Below the pieces are notes generated by a model, which searched no databases, was not told the DNA's origin, and saw nothing but the letters and a program-made list of their open reading frames with translations. DNA of 49,711 nt from Candidatus Poseidoniia archaeon (GTDB lineage Archaea; Thermoplasmatota; Poseidoniia; MGIII; CG-Epi1): positions 1-49,711 of the forward strand of contig JAPYSW010000004.1 in assembly GCA_029936395.1 (NCBI GenBank). Reading direction: 5' to 3'. Position 1 is the stretch's first letter. Every line of letters begins with the position of its first letter. Positions 8,699-19,627 of the stretch are shown here, in pieces. A program made the position numbers and the translations under genes.

Positions 8699-9161
8699 TT
8701 TAAGTTTACTATTTTTTCTTTTATTGTTACCCTTAGCCTCAGGGGAAGTTGAAATCAATTTAAGTGCTGAAACAATAACCTATGGAGCTCCAGGAAATGC
8801 CTTTGTCGATTCAGGAGAAAATATAACTTTCAATGCAATCGGAATTATTGATGCGAAGTCCGTACTGTGGGATTTCGGAAGAGATATTAGCGGTAATGGA
8901 ACAAGATATTCAAATGTCACCAGTGTGTCACATATTGTCTATGCAGAAGGAAGATATGATATTTTTATTACTGTGTTTTATGAAGATGAAACATATGAAA
9001 TAAGTGAATTTACTCTATTTGTTGATTTTGAGGAAGACTTACAGAATGAAATTATTCATAATGAAGCTTTATTCTTTGCCATTGCAGGTTCAGAACTCAT
9101 CATGAGTGCCATACTTGGCTACTGGACTCAACAAATCCGTAAGGAAAAAGTCTATCTCTGA
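8679..9161 (+). CDS. Secreted PKD-like domain protein with C-terminal TM anchor
   Basis: Signal peptide (LLFFLLLLPLASG), ITFNA..WDFG..SH..GRY PKD-like core, C-terminal hydrophobic segment. Confidence 0.65.
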   Translation: MVKFRFSLSLLFFLLLLPLASGEVEINLSAETITYGAPGNAFVDSGENITFNAIGIIDAKSVLWDFGRDISGNGTRYSNVTSVSHIVYAEGRYDIFITVFYEDETYEISEFTLFVDFEEDLQNEIIHNEALFFAIAGSELIMSAILGYWTQQIRKEKVYL

Positions 9162-11113
9162 CGTCTACTAATTGCTATCAAAGAAGTAATTAATAAAGTG
9201 ACCAAAATTGAAATTGAAGGAAGCCCTGAATCATCCACTTCTTCTAATGGTTTTTCTTCTACTAAAGTATCAGTTTCATCATCACCTACATGAACTGTTG
9301 GCCCATAAAAATCCGTCATATTATCTTGAACAATACCATCGGCCCAAATAACAGTTATATCCAATCCATAAACTCCTTTAACGGGGAACATTAATGAATA
9401 AGTGTAACCGTCTGCACCAGGCATTATAACTGTATAAGAATCCTTACTACCATCTGGATTGTTTACAACTATATTGTAATATTCAACATCACCTGTTGTC
9501 TTTGAAAAATCCATAGTAAATGAATCTCCAGGTTCTATATTCTTTGAACTGAAAGATACAACGAAATTCTTCTGTTCAAATGCAGAGAATACTACTTCTA
9601 TATTTTGAGTTGTATTTGACCACAAACCCCCATCATCCATCACCATAAGAGTAATCTCATAGATACCACTTGCATTAGCTAACCAAGTAGTATTTCTATT
9701 TGATGAAATGAATTCATCATTAACAAACCACTCGAAATATGCTACCGTACCCTCTATATCGCTAGAAGTACTATTGAAGCTGTATGACATACCCTCTGAA
9801 GAAATATCGAAGGATGCGTTAGGTGGTGTATTCTCTATTATCTTAAAATTAGCTGAAACTTTTGAGCTCCATGCGCCACTATCATCCCGAACTTCTAATT
9901 TAACTTGATATATTTTCCCATTAACGCCAGGTTCCTCATCAAATGAAAATATCCAAATTGATTCTTCAGATACAACCTCATTGTTATGCCACCATTTGTA
10001 AGCCACAATCTGTCCGTCAGGATCATTCGAATTACTTGAACCAAATGTGAGTATCGAATATTGGTAATATTCAGGAGTTAGACCTCCTAAGGATTCTGGT
10101 GAAATATCAATCGAAGCTTGTGGTGATACATTTGGTGGATTTACAGATATAAAAATATTTACCCAGCCTGAATATGTACCAGATTCATCAATGGCTCTTC
10201 CCATTAAAACATACATATGGATTTCTTCAGTCAGATTTTTCAACGTTAAATTTTGAGTATCTAACCTAAATAATAATGAGCCTCCATCTTTGTCTTCCCA
10301 CATTTCCCATTCATAACTACATTCTATTTCTTCAAAGGTGTTGTCTAAACAAGAAGAAGTAATTACTAAATCTGCACCTTCTTTAGTTGACACTTCATCT
10401 GAGCCTTCAACATCCAGAATAGGTATTGGAGGTAGAACCAGTAATTCTTTGATAGACGGGGAGCTAACATCACCATTTGAATTATCTGTAATAATTAATC
10501 TTACATTGTGATTACCCTCTTGAAATTGATTGTATTCAAAAGTTTCGGAACCTCCAATATAAGACCAATTGCCGGCACCATTCCATTGAATTCTCCAATC
10601 AAAAGATAAATCAGGATTAATATCATCAACACAAGGTTGAGGTTCAGGCTCCATTGTGGTACAAGAATTAAAGCGAGCAGTTTCGCCAAGATGAAGTGAA
10701 GGTGGTGTTATATCAAAATTAACCGTTATTTCTGAATCTTTACCATCATCTCCAGTTACTGTTAACGTAGTAGTGGAGTTATCAGTTATTTCACTCCAGC
10801 TACCATTACCCTTAACTTGTAAAGTTATATTATGCTCACCTGTTGCAAACAGAGTTGAACCCATTACGAAACTAAGTTTCATATGGTCTGAATCGGCTGC
10901 CAATACTCCATCTATTGAAGAATTCCAAAAGAAATATTCCAATTGATCATTACATACAGTACAATCTCCATCAAAGTTAACTTCTTGTTCAACCTGATTA
11001 TCTACACTGGCAGGACTTACACTAACCATTATTACTTCTGGTTCAGCTGAAGCTTGAGTCAAAAATAATACCGATACTACAAACATTATTCCAAAAATTA
11101 ATTCGAAGCGCAT
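9152..11113 (-). CDS. Multi-PKD/Ig-like cell-surface protein with LPSIS-TM-RR tail
   Basis: Start refined to ATG 11113 (MRFELIFG...TQASA signal peptide); PKD motifs SNDPDGQIVAYKW and SSDIEGTVAYFEW; tail GLPSISILVTLLITSLIAISRRQR. Confidence 0.8.
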   Translation of the reverse strand: MRFELIFGIMFVVSVLFLTQASAEPEVIMVSVSPASVDNQVEQEVNFDGDCTVCNDQLEYFFWNSSIDGVLAADSDHMKLSFVMGSTLFATGEHNITLQVKGNGSWSEITDNSTTTLTVTGDDGKDSEITVNFDITPPSLHLGETARFNSCTTMEPEPQPCVDDINPDLSFDWRIQWNGAGNWSYIGGSETFEYNQFQEGNHNVRLIITDNSNGDVSSPSIKELLVLPPIPILDVEGSDEVSTKEGADLVITSSCLDNTFEEIECSYEWEMWEDKDGGSLLFRLDTQNLTLKNLTEEIHMYVLMGRAIDESGTYSGWVNIFISVNPPNVSPQASIDISPESLGGLTPEYYQYSILTFGSSNSNDPDGQIVAYKWWHNNEVVSEESIWIFSFDEEPGVNGKIYQVKLEVRDDSGAWSSKVSANFKIIENTPPNASFDISSEGMSYSFNSTSSDIEGTVAYFEWFVNDEFISSNRNTTWLANASGIYEITLMVMDDGGLWSNTTQNIEVVFSAFEQKNFVVSFSSKNIEPGDSFTMDFSKTTGDVEYYNIVVNNPDGSKDSYTVIMPGADGYTYSLMFPVKGVYGLDITVIWADGIVQDNMTDFYGPTVHVGDDETDTLVEEKPLEEVDDSGLPSISILVTLLITSLIAISRRQR

Positions 11114-11145
11114 ATTACACCAAATCACATTATTTATGTATGCAT

Positions 11146-11319
11146 TTAACGCTTGCCTTTATTGTGATATCTATCAATTTTAGAATCAGTATAGTGCATA
11201 GGAAACATTAATTCTCCTATTCCAGGTATTGGTTTACCCATCTTATCGGCAATATATCTTACAGAAAAATAACCAATAATAAGACCTAAAGCAACACCGA
11301 CAATTGGGAAAAAATTCAT
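11146..11319 (-). CDS. Small single-TM hypothetical protein (57 aa, not in ORF track)
   Basis: Hand translation MNFFPIVGVALGLIIGYFSVRYIADKMGKPIPGIGELMFPMHYTDSKIDRYHNKGKR; ATGA overlap with upstream gene stop; fills the gap. Confidence 0.7.
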   Translation of the reverse strand: MNFFPIVGVALGLIIGYFSVRYIADKMGKPIPGIGELMFPMHYTDSKIDRYHNKGKR

Positions 11320-11486
11320 TCAAAATCTGGCTCAAACTCAGCTTGTAATTCAGCCATTAACTGAGAAAGAAGACGATCAAAACGTTTACTACGATATTCA
11401 CGAGCCCCACCCATATCGGTTTGAACCTTTGCAATGAATGATGCATCTTCTGTTTCCAACTCTATACGGCAAATTGATTCTTCCAT
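11316..11486 (-). CDS. Small acidic hypothetical protein (56 aa)
   Basis: Start refined to ATG 11486 (MEESICRIELETED...AEFEPDFE), which removes the overlap with the carboxyltransferase gene. Confidence 0.65.
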   Translation of the reverse strand: MEESICRIELETEDASFIAKVQTDMGGAREYRSKRFDRLLSQLMAELQAEFEPDFE

Positions 11487-11529
11487 TAATTTAACTAAAT
11501 AGAGGTTATATTTAATATTAAGCAGAACA

Positions 11530-13137
11530 TTACATTCTAAAAACACCAAAATTAGAATTATCAATGGACTTATTCAATGAAGTAGAAAGACCTAATGCAA
11601 GTATCATTCGAGTATCTAATGGATCTATGACTCCATCGTCCCATAAACGAGCTGTAGAATAATATGGATTCCCTTCAACCTCATATTTCTCAAGAATTGG
11701 ATCCCTAACCTTCTTAATTTGTGATTTATTCAATGATTTTCCTTGCTTACCCATCTGATCTTGCTTAATTGTAGCTAAAACATCTGCAGCTTGTTCACCT
11801 CCCATTACAGAGATTCTTGCGTTAGGCCACATCCATAATTGACGTGGTTGATATGCTCGACCACACATACCATAATTACCAGCACCAAAAGAACCACCTA
11901 TCACTACTGTGAATTTTGGGACTTTAGCATTAGATACTGCCATTACCATCTTTGCACCATCTTTAGCAATACCTCCAGCCTCATAATCCTTGCCAACCAT
12001 AAATCCAACTATATTCTGTAAAAAGACAATAGGAATCTTTCGTTGACAACACATCTCAATAAAATGTGTCGACTTGAGAGAAGATTCTGAAAAGAGTACA
12101 CCATTATTTGCTATAATCCCTATTGGATAGCCCATTATTCTTGCAAAACCACAGACTACTGTAGGACCATAATTAGCCTTAAACTCATGGAACTTAGAGC
12201 CATCTACTAATCTGGCAATTACTTCCCTAACATCGTAAGGCTGCCGTGAATCTTCAGGTATAATCTCATATAATTCTTCTGGATTATATTGGGGTTCTTC
12301 AGGTTCTGAAATATCTAATTTAAATTTTGGTTCACGGTTTAAATTTGAAATTATGTCTCTTGCTATCTCTATAGCATGTGAATCATTCATTGCATAATGG
12401 TCTGCTACACCACTCTTTCGAGTATGCACTTCAGCCCCACCTAATTCTTCGGAATTTACTTCCTCTCCAGTGGCGGCCTTAACTAATGGAGGACCGGCAA
12501 GAAATATTGTCCCCTGTTCTTTAACAATAATAGTTTCATCTGACATTGCTGGAACGTAGGCTCCACCTGCAGTGCAAGAACCCATAACAACTGCAATTTG
12601 CGGAATTCCTTGTGCAGACATCTGAGCTTGATTGTAAAAAATACGGCCAAAATGCTCCTTATCGGGGAATACTTCATCTTGCATTGGTAAAAAAGCCCCT
12701 CCTGAATCAACCAAGTAAATACAAGGCAGATTGTTTTCTTGAGCCACTTCCTGAGCTCTTAAATGCTTTTTAACTGTTAAAGGATAGTAAGTTCCTCCCT
12801 TAACGGTAGCATCATTTGCAATAATCATAACCTCACGATTATGAACTACTCCAATTCCTGTAACTATCCCTGCTGAAGGAACTTCATCATCATACAATCC
12901 ATTAGCAGCTAATGGTGAAAATTCAAGAAATGGCGTATCTGAATCTATTAACTCTTCAATACGATCTCGAGCTAATAATTTACCCCTTTTTTGATGTCTA
13001 ATTACAACCTCTGGACGCCCCCCTTGACTATATTGAGTAATCTTCAACCTTAACTCTTTTACTATTTTCTTATTGAAACTACGATTAGATATTGATTCAG
13101 AGGAATTGGAATTATGTTTTGTATTTATTATATTCAT
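11530..13137 (-). CDS. liuB: 3-methylcrotonyl-CoA carboxylase, carboxyltransferase (beta) subunit
   Basis: [67 protein letters not shown] terminus. Confidence 0.93.
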   Translation of the reverse strand: MNIINTKHNSNSSESISNRSFNKKIVKELRLKITQYSQGGRPEVVIRHQKRGKLLARDRIEELIDSDTPFLEFSPLAANGLYDDEVPSAGIVTGIGVVHNREVMIIANDATVKGGTYYPLTVKKHLRAQEVAQENNLPCIYLVDSGGAFLPMQDEVFPDKEHFGRIFYNQAQMSAQGIPQIAVVMGSCTAGGAYVPAMSDETIIVKEQGTIFLAGPPLVKAATGEEVNSEELGGAEVHTRKSGVADHYAMNDSHAIEIARDIISNLNREPKFKLDISEPEEPQYNPEELYEIIPEDSRQPYDVREVIARLVDGSKFHEFKANYGPTVVCGFARIMGYPIGIIANNGVLFSESSLKSTHFIEMCCQRKIPIVFLQNIVGFMVGKDYEAGGIAKDGAKMVMAVSNAKVPKFTVVIGGSFGAGNYGMCGRAYQPRQLWMWPNARISVMGGEQAADVLATIKQDQMGKQGKSLNKSQIKKVRDPILEKYEVEGNPYYSTARLWDDGVIDPLDTRMILALGLSTSLNKSIDNSNFGVFRM

Positions 13138-13628
13138 TCATCCTCCAATTCGAACATTAATTCACCTTCTTTAACCTGACCTCCAATGTCAACTAAAGTC
13201 AATTTAGATAAAATACCATCTCTAGGAGAAATTAATCTATGTTCCATTTTCATTGCTTCAAGAATAATAATAACCTCCCCTTTACTAACTTTAGTCCCAT
13301 CTTCTACCTTCTTATCCAATAATTTACCAGTTATTGGACTTAAAACTACATCATCACTCACTTCTTCAGATATTTGACCTGAGACTCTCATTGATTTTTT
13401 GGTAATAAAATAATTAATTCCATTTAAATGTACATATATCTCATTACCTTTTTTGTCAGAATAAGCAATTGTACGATTCCCATTAAGTATTATTTCTAAC
13501 CGTCCATCGCTTTTTCGTGAAAAATGACCTTCTGATATTTCATCACCAACATCAATAGTAAAATTAGAACCAGTACGTCTAAGCTTTACATTGTATTTGG
13601 AAGAACCAATTGTTAGAATATCTGCCAT
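13134..13628 (-). CDS. Biotin carboxyl carrier subunit (BT-like + biotinyl domain)
   Basis: EAMKME biotinylation motif; start refined to ATG 13628 (TAATG overlap with the biotin carboxylase stop). Confidence 0.9.
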   Translation of the reverse strand: MADILTIGSSKYNVKLRRTGSNFTIDVGDEISEGHFSRKSDGRLEIILNGNRTIAYSDKKGNEIYVHLNGINYFITKKSMRVSGQISEEVSDDVVLSPITGKLLDKKVEDGTKVSKGEVIIILEAMKMEHRLISPRDGILSKLTLVDIGGQVKEGELMFELEDE

Positions 13629-15106
13629 TAATTCCCCAGCCTCCAACCACCTTTACTACTCCATGGTGAATGTGGATCCCTAGTAGATTTTTGAACTAGT
13701 GCACTACTTGATGATTTGGTTCCCAATAGTGCTGCAACCATTAATTCCACAGGAATTACGGGATGAGTCCAATTGGCATAATGTTCATCTACAAATTTAG
13801 TAGAAAATGAACATTTCTGGAAATATTTATTTTGCATTATATCTCGTAAAAAAGGTTGATTGGTAATTAAACCTAAAATTACGAAATTAGCTAGTGCATT
13901 ATCCATACGATCTATAGCTGAATTTCGATCAGAATCCCAAACAACTAACTTTGCCAATAATGGGTCATAAGCACTTGTCACTTCTTGTCCTTCAGAAATA
14001 CCTACATCATTTCTAACTCCAGGCCCCTCAGGTAAAATCAACTTATGCACAATTCCGGGAGTTGGGAGGAAATTACGTGAGGGGTCCTCAGCATAGATTC
14101 TACATTCTATTGAGTGTCCTCTTTGTTTAATATCTTTCTGAGATAAAGTCAAATCTTCTCCATATGCTATTTTAATTTGCCATTTTACTATATCTATTCC
14201 ACAAACCATTTCAGTTACTCCATGCTCAACCTGTAAACGAGTATTCATTTCTAAAAAATAAAAATTACCATTCTGATACAAAAACTCTACAGTACCTGCA
14301 TTTTTATAATTGGCCACTTTAGCAGCCTTAATTGCTGCGTCTCCCATCATCTTTCTAATTTTGTTATTTATAGCCGGAGAAGGAGATTCTTCAATTATTT
14401 TCTGATGTCTTCTTTGGATCGAACATTCTCTTTCGAAAAGGTGTATAATATTACCATGATTATCTCCTAAAATCTGAACTTCAATATGTCTTGGACTATC
14501 CAAGAATTTCTCAAGAATTAAAGTGTCGTTCCCAAATGAATTGCGTGCCTCATTCTTAGCGGCATCAATTGCCGATTCTAACTCTTCTGGTGAAAAAACT
14601 ACCCTCATGCCTTTCCCACCTCCCCCGGCAGCAGCTTTCACCATCAAGGGATAACCAATATCTCTAGCAATTGCATCTATATTCCCACTTAACTCACCAT
14701 GATTACCTGGAATTGTAGGAACTCCTGCATCAATCATCTTCTTCTTAGATTCAGCCTTATCACCCATTAATCTAATTGTTTCGGGATCTGGACCTATGAA
14801 AATTAGCCCAGAATCTATTACATATTGTGCAAATTCTCCATTTTCTGATAGAAAACCATACCCGGGATGAATAGCTTCTGAATTAGTTTCTTTAGCTGCA
14901 TTAATTACCTTATCAAAATTTAAATAACTCTCCAAAGGATTAGCAGGTCCAATTTCTACTGATTCATCTGCCATCATAACATGTGGGGATTCGGAATCGA
15001 TATTAGAATAAATTGCGACTGTTTTAATTCGCATTTCTTGACAAGCTTTAATTATTCTACAAGCAATTTCACCTCGATTAGCCACTAAAATTTTTGTAAA
15101 CATCAT
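13628..15106 (-). CDS. Biotin carboxylase subunit of acyl-CoA carboxylase (MCC alpha N-terminal part)
   Basis: KILVANRGEIACR, HPGYGFLSEN, GGGGKGMR, ERECSIQRRHQK, EMNTRLQVEH, RIYAEDP. Confidence 0.95.
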   Translation of the reverse strand: MMFTKILVANRGEIACRIIKACQEMRIKTVAIYSNIDSESPHVMMADESVEIGPANPLESYLNFDKVINAAKETNSEAIHPGYGFLSENGEFAQYVIDSGLIFIGPDPETIRLMGDKAESKKKMIDAGVPTIPGNHGELSGNIDAIARDIGYPLMVKAAAGGGGKGMRVVFSPEELESAIDAAKNEARNSFGNDTLILEKFLDSPRHIEVQILGDNHGNIIHLFERECSIQRRHQKIIEESPSPAINNKIRKMMGDAAIKAAKVANYKNAGTVEFLYQNGNFYFLEMNTRLQVEHGVTEMVCGIDIVKWQIKIAYGEDLTLSQKDIKQRGHSIECRIYAEDPSRNFLPTPGIVHKLILPEGPGVRNDVGISEGQEVTSAYDPLLAKLVVWDSDRNSAIDRMDNALANFVILGLITNQPFLRDIMQNKYFQKCSFSTKFVDEHYANWTHPVIPVELMVAALLGTKSSSSALVQKSTRDPHSPWSSKGGWRLGN

Positions 15107-15834
15107 CTATCCCAATTCGGTTTTCTCTTTTGTAAAAATGAGCTTACTCCTTCTTGGCCTTCTTTCCCTTCTTTAATTAGATTAATAAGAGTCTCTAAAT
15201 CTTGTGAAGACTTAGATAAAATATTACTATTGAATAATTTTTTAATGTGCATCTGAGCTTCGGGACCACCTTTTTTTAGACTAAGGATTAATTCATCCAA
15301 AACTGATTGTTCTTCATTATATTTTCCATAGAGCATACCCCAATTTTCAGCCATATCAACTCCAAACCTCTTACCTGTAAGAAAAAGCTCTCTCATTTTT
15401 CCTAAATCAAGTTTTCTAGAAATGTATGGAAATATTACTGCAGGAATCATGCCTATTCTTACTTCCGGAAATCCAAATTTTGTATCATTATGGGCCAGAA
15501 TAAAATCACATGCACAAATTAGTCCCATCCCTCCACCTAAGCAAGAACCGTGAACTAATGCAATCGTTGGTAAACTACAATCTACAACTTCTTTGAGTAA
15601 TTGTTGAAGTTGACTTGGTTCCCACTCATTTAAGTCTGCTCCTGAACAAAACACTGAACCTTCACCCCTAATAACTATAGCTCTAAGCTCGCTAAATTTC
15701 TGAGATTCCTGAATAGAGGCTATCATTGCACCCATCATTTCTGAATTCAGGGCATTTTTCTTCGCAACATTATTCAGTCTTAATGTCAAAATGCTACCCT
15801 CTCTCTCAACAATGAGGGGGATTGTTGCAGGCAT
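15103..15834 (-). CDS. liuC: Enoyl-CoA hydratase family, probable methylglutaconyl-CoA hydratase
   Basis: FCSGADL, GGGMGL..ACD, FGFPEVRIGMIPA, EGVSSFLQKRKPNW; first gene of the MCC operon. Confidence 0.8.
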   Translation of the reverse strand: MPATIPLIVEREGSILTLRLNNVAKKNALNSEMMGAMIASIQESQKFSELRAIVIRGEGSVFCSGADLNEWEPSQLQQLLKEVVDCSLPTIALVHGSCLGGGMGLICACDFILAHNDTKFGFPEVRIGMIPAVIFPYISRKLDLGKMRELFLTGKRFGVDMAENWGMLYGKYNEEQSVLDELILSLKKGGPEAQMHIKKLFNSNILSKSSQDLETLINLIKEGKEGQEGVSSFLQKRKPNWDR

Positions 15835-15879
15835 GAGTTATCATAAAAATAGTACTATTAATAATAGATACTGAAAAAA

Positions 15880-16659
15880 TTAATTTTTATCGGCGTGAGA
15901 TTCTAAATCATCACCACCTGCAAAAGTGGATTGTACTATAGAATATAAATCGTCCATTCCCTCACCTTCTTTTGAAGAAACTGCAAGTAAATTTGATTCT
16001 AAAGTTAGTATCTGAAGAACCCGTAATAATTCTGAAGAAAGAACTCCAGACATTCCAACCATATCTGGCATTGCCATAGCTAAAGCATCAAAATCAGAAG
16101 CCCATTCACTAATCTTATCAACCTCTTCAGGTTCAAGAAGATCACACTTTGTTAGAACTGGAAACATAGGTATTGGAAATCTGAGATGTGCGGCAGAAGC
16201 CAGTAAAAGTTGTGTAACAAAACCTTCAGGCGTTCGTGATAAAAGAGGATCTAAAAGCAAGACCATACCTGATCTATCTGATAAATTTTCTATGAATACT
16301 TTTGATGCCTCTCTATACAAAAATAATTCCGTTTGACCTGGAGTATCTACTAGAAAGTAATCACAATTCACTTCTTCGATTTGCTCTTTCATCCAATCTA
16401 ACTCTAATGCTAATAAATCAGCACAAACAACTTGTGCCCCATTTGGACCTAAACTATATTGATCCATAATATCTCTCAAAGTAAATTTCTCACGAACATC
16501 AATTGCAGCTTCATATGCTACAGTCTCAGCCCCAGGATCTAAATTTACAGCTACACCATCATAGCGATAGTGCTGCATCCACTCTTGCAATGTAGCTACC
16601 AAGGTAGACTTACCAGCTCCTGCAGAGCCTACAAAGTATAGCAGTGCTGTATGTTCCAT
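15880..16659 (-). CDS. GPN-loop GTPase
   Basis: GSAGAGKST, VNLDPG, LGPNGA (GPN loop), DTPGQ.ELF, TKCD. Confidence 0.93.
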   Translation of the reverse strand: MEHTALLYFVGSAGAGKSTLVATLQEWMQHYRYDGVAVNLDPGAETVAYEAAIDVREKFTLRDIMDQYSLGPNGAQVVCADLLALELDWMKEQIEEVNCDYFLVDTPGQTELFLYREASKVFIENLSDRSGMVLLLDPLLSRTPEGFVTQLLLASAAHLRFPIPMFPVLTKCDLLEPEEVDKISEWASDFDALAMAMPDMVGMSGVLSSELLRVLQILTLESNLLAVSSKEGEGMDDLYSIVQSTFAGGDDLESHADKN

Positions 16660-19559
16660 TAACGTCTTCTACGTGCTAAAGCTACAACACCAAATATAGA
16701 CATTGCAATAGTTACTGAAATTGATGGAAGACCCAAAAGTCCTTCATCGTCTTCTTCACCAGTATCTACTGTTTCAGATGTTCCAAAGGTAGTCAATAAT
16801 GAAGGATAAATATTATCTAATTCATTTACTTCTTTTATTTTGTCCTCGCAAACATTTGTGTCTTCATCACAAATTATGGGATCTACAACTGCCACAAAAA
16901 TAAAATCTCCAGTAAGATGGGCCCAAGTAAATGAAACTGGTCTAGAATCTCCTTTTAATATTCCTTCAATAGTCTTTACTGTAAGTGATTCTATTGGTGT
17001 TCCTTCTCCATCATCATAATCTGATGCTCGATAAATCAAAAGACCGACATTGACATTTAAATTTGATTGTTCACCTTGTGGATATCCTATTGTTACCTTA
17101 ATTGTTGCGGAGCCCTGTGAATCAGTAACTTTAATAGATTCCACCAATAAATTAGTCGTAAGCTTTTCAACGATGAGCTCACGGTAAACTTCATCATTTT
17201 CAGATTTCACATTTATCTCACTATTTACTTCTACAGTAATATTGTATGTATCGCTTCGACTTGCCTCTGGAATCCAAGGAATAACTACTGTTTGGACATT
17301 ATAACTTGAATTGAAATCTATGTAGGCATAACTTCCTGATACTGAATAACCAGTTCCGACTGGATAAAATCCAGTTGTATTTTCGCTAGATAACTCCAAT
17401 ACTTCACCCCATCCAAAGGTACCATCAATAGATATATTAAAATGAAGCCGATATGTACCTTCATCTGGAACATTATACATTCCTAAGTCAAAAGTCAAAG
17501 AATGGTCTACACCAGCTAGCCCCTCCCCCACTATAACACTAAAATTATTTACGTAAGCATCTAATGAACTTACCGCATATATATTCTTGAATTTTTCATT
17601 GTTATTCTCATTTTCTTCAGAAATTAGCTTATCCTCATCAACTTTAGCAATAACACGATACTGTGCATTCTCTGAAAATATGAAGGGAATTGATATCTCT
17701 ACACTCTCACCAACTGCTAAAGCTTGATCTACATTTATGGTTGCCAATTTTGTTGCAAATGGTGCAGATGTATAAAATGAAACCTCTAATTTTGTACCTT
17801 CGCTTGAAGTCATATTCCTTATTCCTGAATTTACTATAGTTGCAACAATTTCTGAAGAAATACCTACCATAGCGTACCCCTCATCATTAATAGGATCTAT
17901 AGATACACTTGTTACTTCTAAATCCGGAAGTTTTTCAAAAACTTCTATATATTTGTCGCTATCGAATTCATTATTAGCATCATCCCATTCCAAAATATTT
18001 TCCTCTCTATCTACGTATGCATAAAACTCATAAAATCCTAATTTAGTTGGAGTCCATGCATATTCGAAAAAAGTTGTTTCAGGAGCTAAACCAATGGTTC
18101 TTGATTCATCTATTTGAAACCAATCAATTGTATTTAAATCTGGATCTCTGATTTTTAGGTATACTTCAACATCATTAGCCATAGCATCACCCATAGATGT
18201 TTGAGTAATGGCAACCTGAATAATTTTTTCATCATTTTGATATACTTTATCAATACCTTGATTAATTCCTGCAACTATTAAATCAGGTCTTTGCTCTACC
18301 AGATTAAAATAACCATCATGGATTTTAAACCATTCAAGCATATTATTATCTTCATTGGATTCCTTGATTACATTCTCAGAATCTGCAACTATTCTAATAT
18401 TCCATAGGCCTGCATCATTAGAACTTGTAGACCAATTTACACCTAAAATGGCATCATCTTCCATTGTTTGTCCGGAACTAATCGGCGTTTTAATTGAAGC
18501 TGTTGTATTAACAGGAACCCAAATTTGGCCAGTACAATCTCCATCAGGACATTTCTTAACTTCAATACTCATTGTAAAATTACCTTCTCGTGGTGGATCA
18601 TCAAAAGGACCTGGTGGAACTGCATCTCCTTCTCCAGTATTTGATACCGCATAGTAGAAAGAAATTGTCATACCTGCCACTGCATTTTCAGGTTCTGCAC
18701 GCATTGAATTTAAACCTGAAGCTTCAGATATAAGTAAGTCAGCTTCACTACAATCTCCGATACAAATTTCCCATACATCTACGTTATTATCCAAATCAGG
18801 ATCTTCAACAGTATTATTTTCATCAGAGTCGATGATTACTGTAAATTTATATTTACCATCTGGAGTTCCTTCAGGTATAGTGTAAGGCCATTCCATTCGT
18901 TCAGCTTCAGGAGGAGCATCGGGAGGTGGTGGACTGACATAAGAAAACGTAACTGGTGATGGTTCAAAATAATTAGTAGCATCGTCATCTATAGAGTCAA
19001 AATAAGCCATAAAAGTTACTGGATTAAGTGTACTTACTGTACCATCATTACCATACTCAAAAAGGACATTTACTTCCTCACCAGCTGCAAAATTAGACCC
19101 TTCTATCTGAAACTCTGTAAATAAATCGGCTTCACCAGTTTCAGGTTCAACATTGATATAGTTCTCAAACTCTCCATAGTCTGAATCACTGTAAAATATA
19201 GTTCCAGAAAAACAAACTTCTCCAGTCTCATCAAAAGTAATTGACAGAGTAACATCACCATCTTGGCCAGCACTCATAGTTATTAAATCAGATTCACTTG
19301 CTAAAGTAGTCAAATCGCAATCTTCATACAATCTAACCGTTGCATCATAATCTGAGCTGCCATCATTATCCCATTCTACAATAATATCATAAGCTATATT
19401 GGCTCTTGGTGGTGGTGTTCCATCTGGTTCAAACATGTAACTAACTTCCAAATCATCACTTGGAGTCGCCTGTACGCCTGACACCAACAGAATACTTGAA
19501 AAAACCAAAACTGCAGTTACTGCGCTTGCTAGCAATTTACTTTTATAATTTCCATTCAT
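16659..19559 (-). CDS. Large multi-CARDB cell-surface protein with LPSIS-TM-RRRR tail
   Basis: Start refined to ATG 19559 (MNGNYKSKLL...GVQA signal peptide); repeated PDL...VD...I.E.NE.NN CARDB motifs; tail GLPSISVTIAMSIFGVVALARRRR. Confidence 0.85.
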   Translation of the reverse strand: MNGNYKSKLLASAVTAVLVFSSILLVSGVQATPSDDLEVSYMFEPDGTPPPRANIAYDIIVEWDNDGSSDYDATVRLYEDCDLTTLASESDLITMSAGQDGDVTLSITFDETGEVCFSGTIFYSDSDYGEFENYINVEPETGEADLFTEFQIEGSNFAAGEEVNVLFEYGNDGTVSTLNPVTFMAYFDSIDDDATNYFEPSPVTFSYVSPPPPDAPPEAERMEWPYTIPEGTPDGKYKFTVIIDSDENNTVEDPDLDNNVDVWEICIGDCSEADLLISEASGLNSMRAEPENAVAGMTISFYYAVSNTGEGDAVPPGPFDDPPREGNFTMSIEVKKCPDGDCTGQIWVPVNTTASIKTPISSGQTMEDDAILGVNWSTSSNDAGLWNIRIVADSENVIKESNEDNNMLEWFKIHDGYFNLVEQRPDLIVAGINQGIDKVYQNDEKIIQVAITQTSMGDAMANDVEVYLKIRDPDLNTIDWFQIDESRTIGLAPETTFFEYAWTPTKLGFYEFYAYVDREENILEWDDANNEFDSDKYIEVFEKLPDLEVTSVSIDPINDEGYAMVGISSEIVATIVNSGIRNMTSSEGTKLEVSFYTSAPFATKLATINVDQALAVGESVEISIPFIFSENAQYRVIAKVDEDKLISEENENNNEKFKNIYAVSSLDAYVNNFSVIVGEGLAGVDHSLTFDLGMYNVPDEGTYRLHFNISIDGTFGWGEVLELSSENTTGFYPVGTGYSVSGSYAYIDFNSSYNVQTVVIPWIPEASRSDTYNITVEVNSEINVKSENDEVYRELIVEKLTTNLLVESIKVTDSQGSATIKVTIGYPQGEQSNLNVNVGLLIYRASDYDDGEGTPIESLTVKTIEGILKGDSRPVSFTWAHLTGDFIFVAVVDPIICDEDTNVCEDKIKEVNELDNIYPSLLTTFGTSETVDTGEEDDEGLLGLPSISVTIAMSIFGVVALARRRR

Positions 19560-19627
19560 TATAATCGCCCTATGTTCTAACTTTGAGGCCCTTAATAAGG
19601 GGTTTGTTATTATATGATTATTTAAAA

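Noticed and set aside
11487-11564. Hydrophobic N-terminal extension of the 82-aa ORF
   Set aside because: Overlaps the carboxyltransferase 3' end and an AT-rich promoter-like gap; ATG 11486 is the more plausible start.
15880-16659. GPN GTPase (and the DRG GTPase at 41628-42719) as eukaryote-like novelties
   Set aside because: Both families are standard in archaea; nothing unusual in their motifs.
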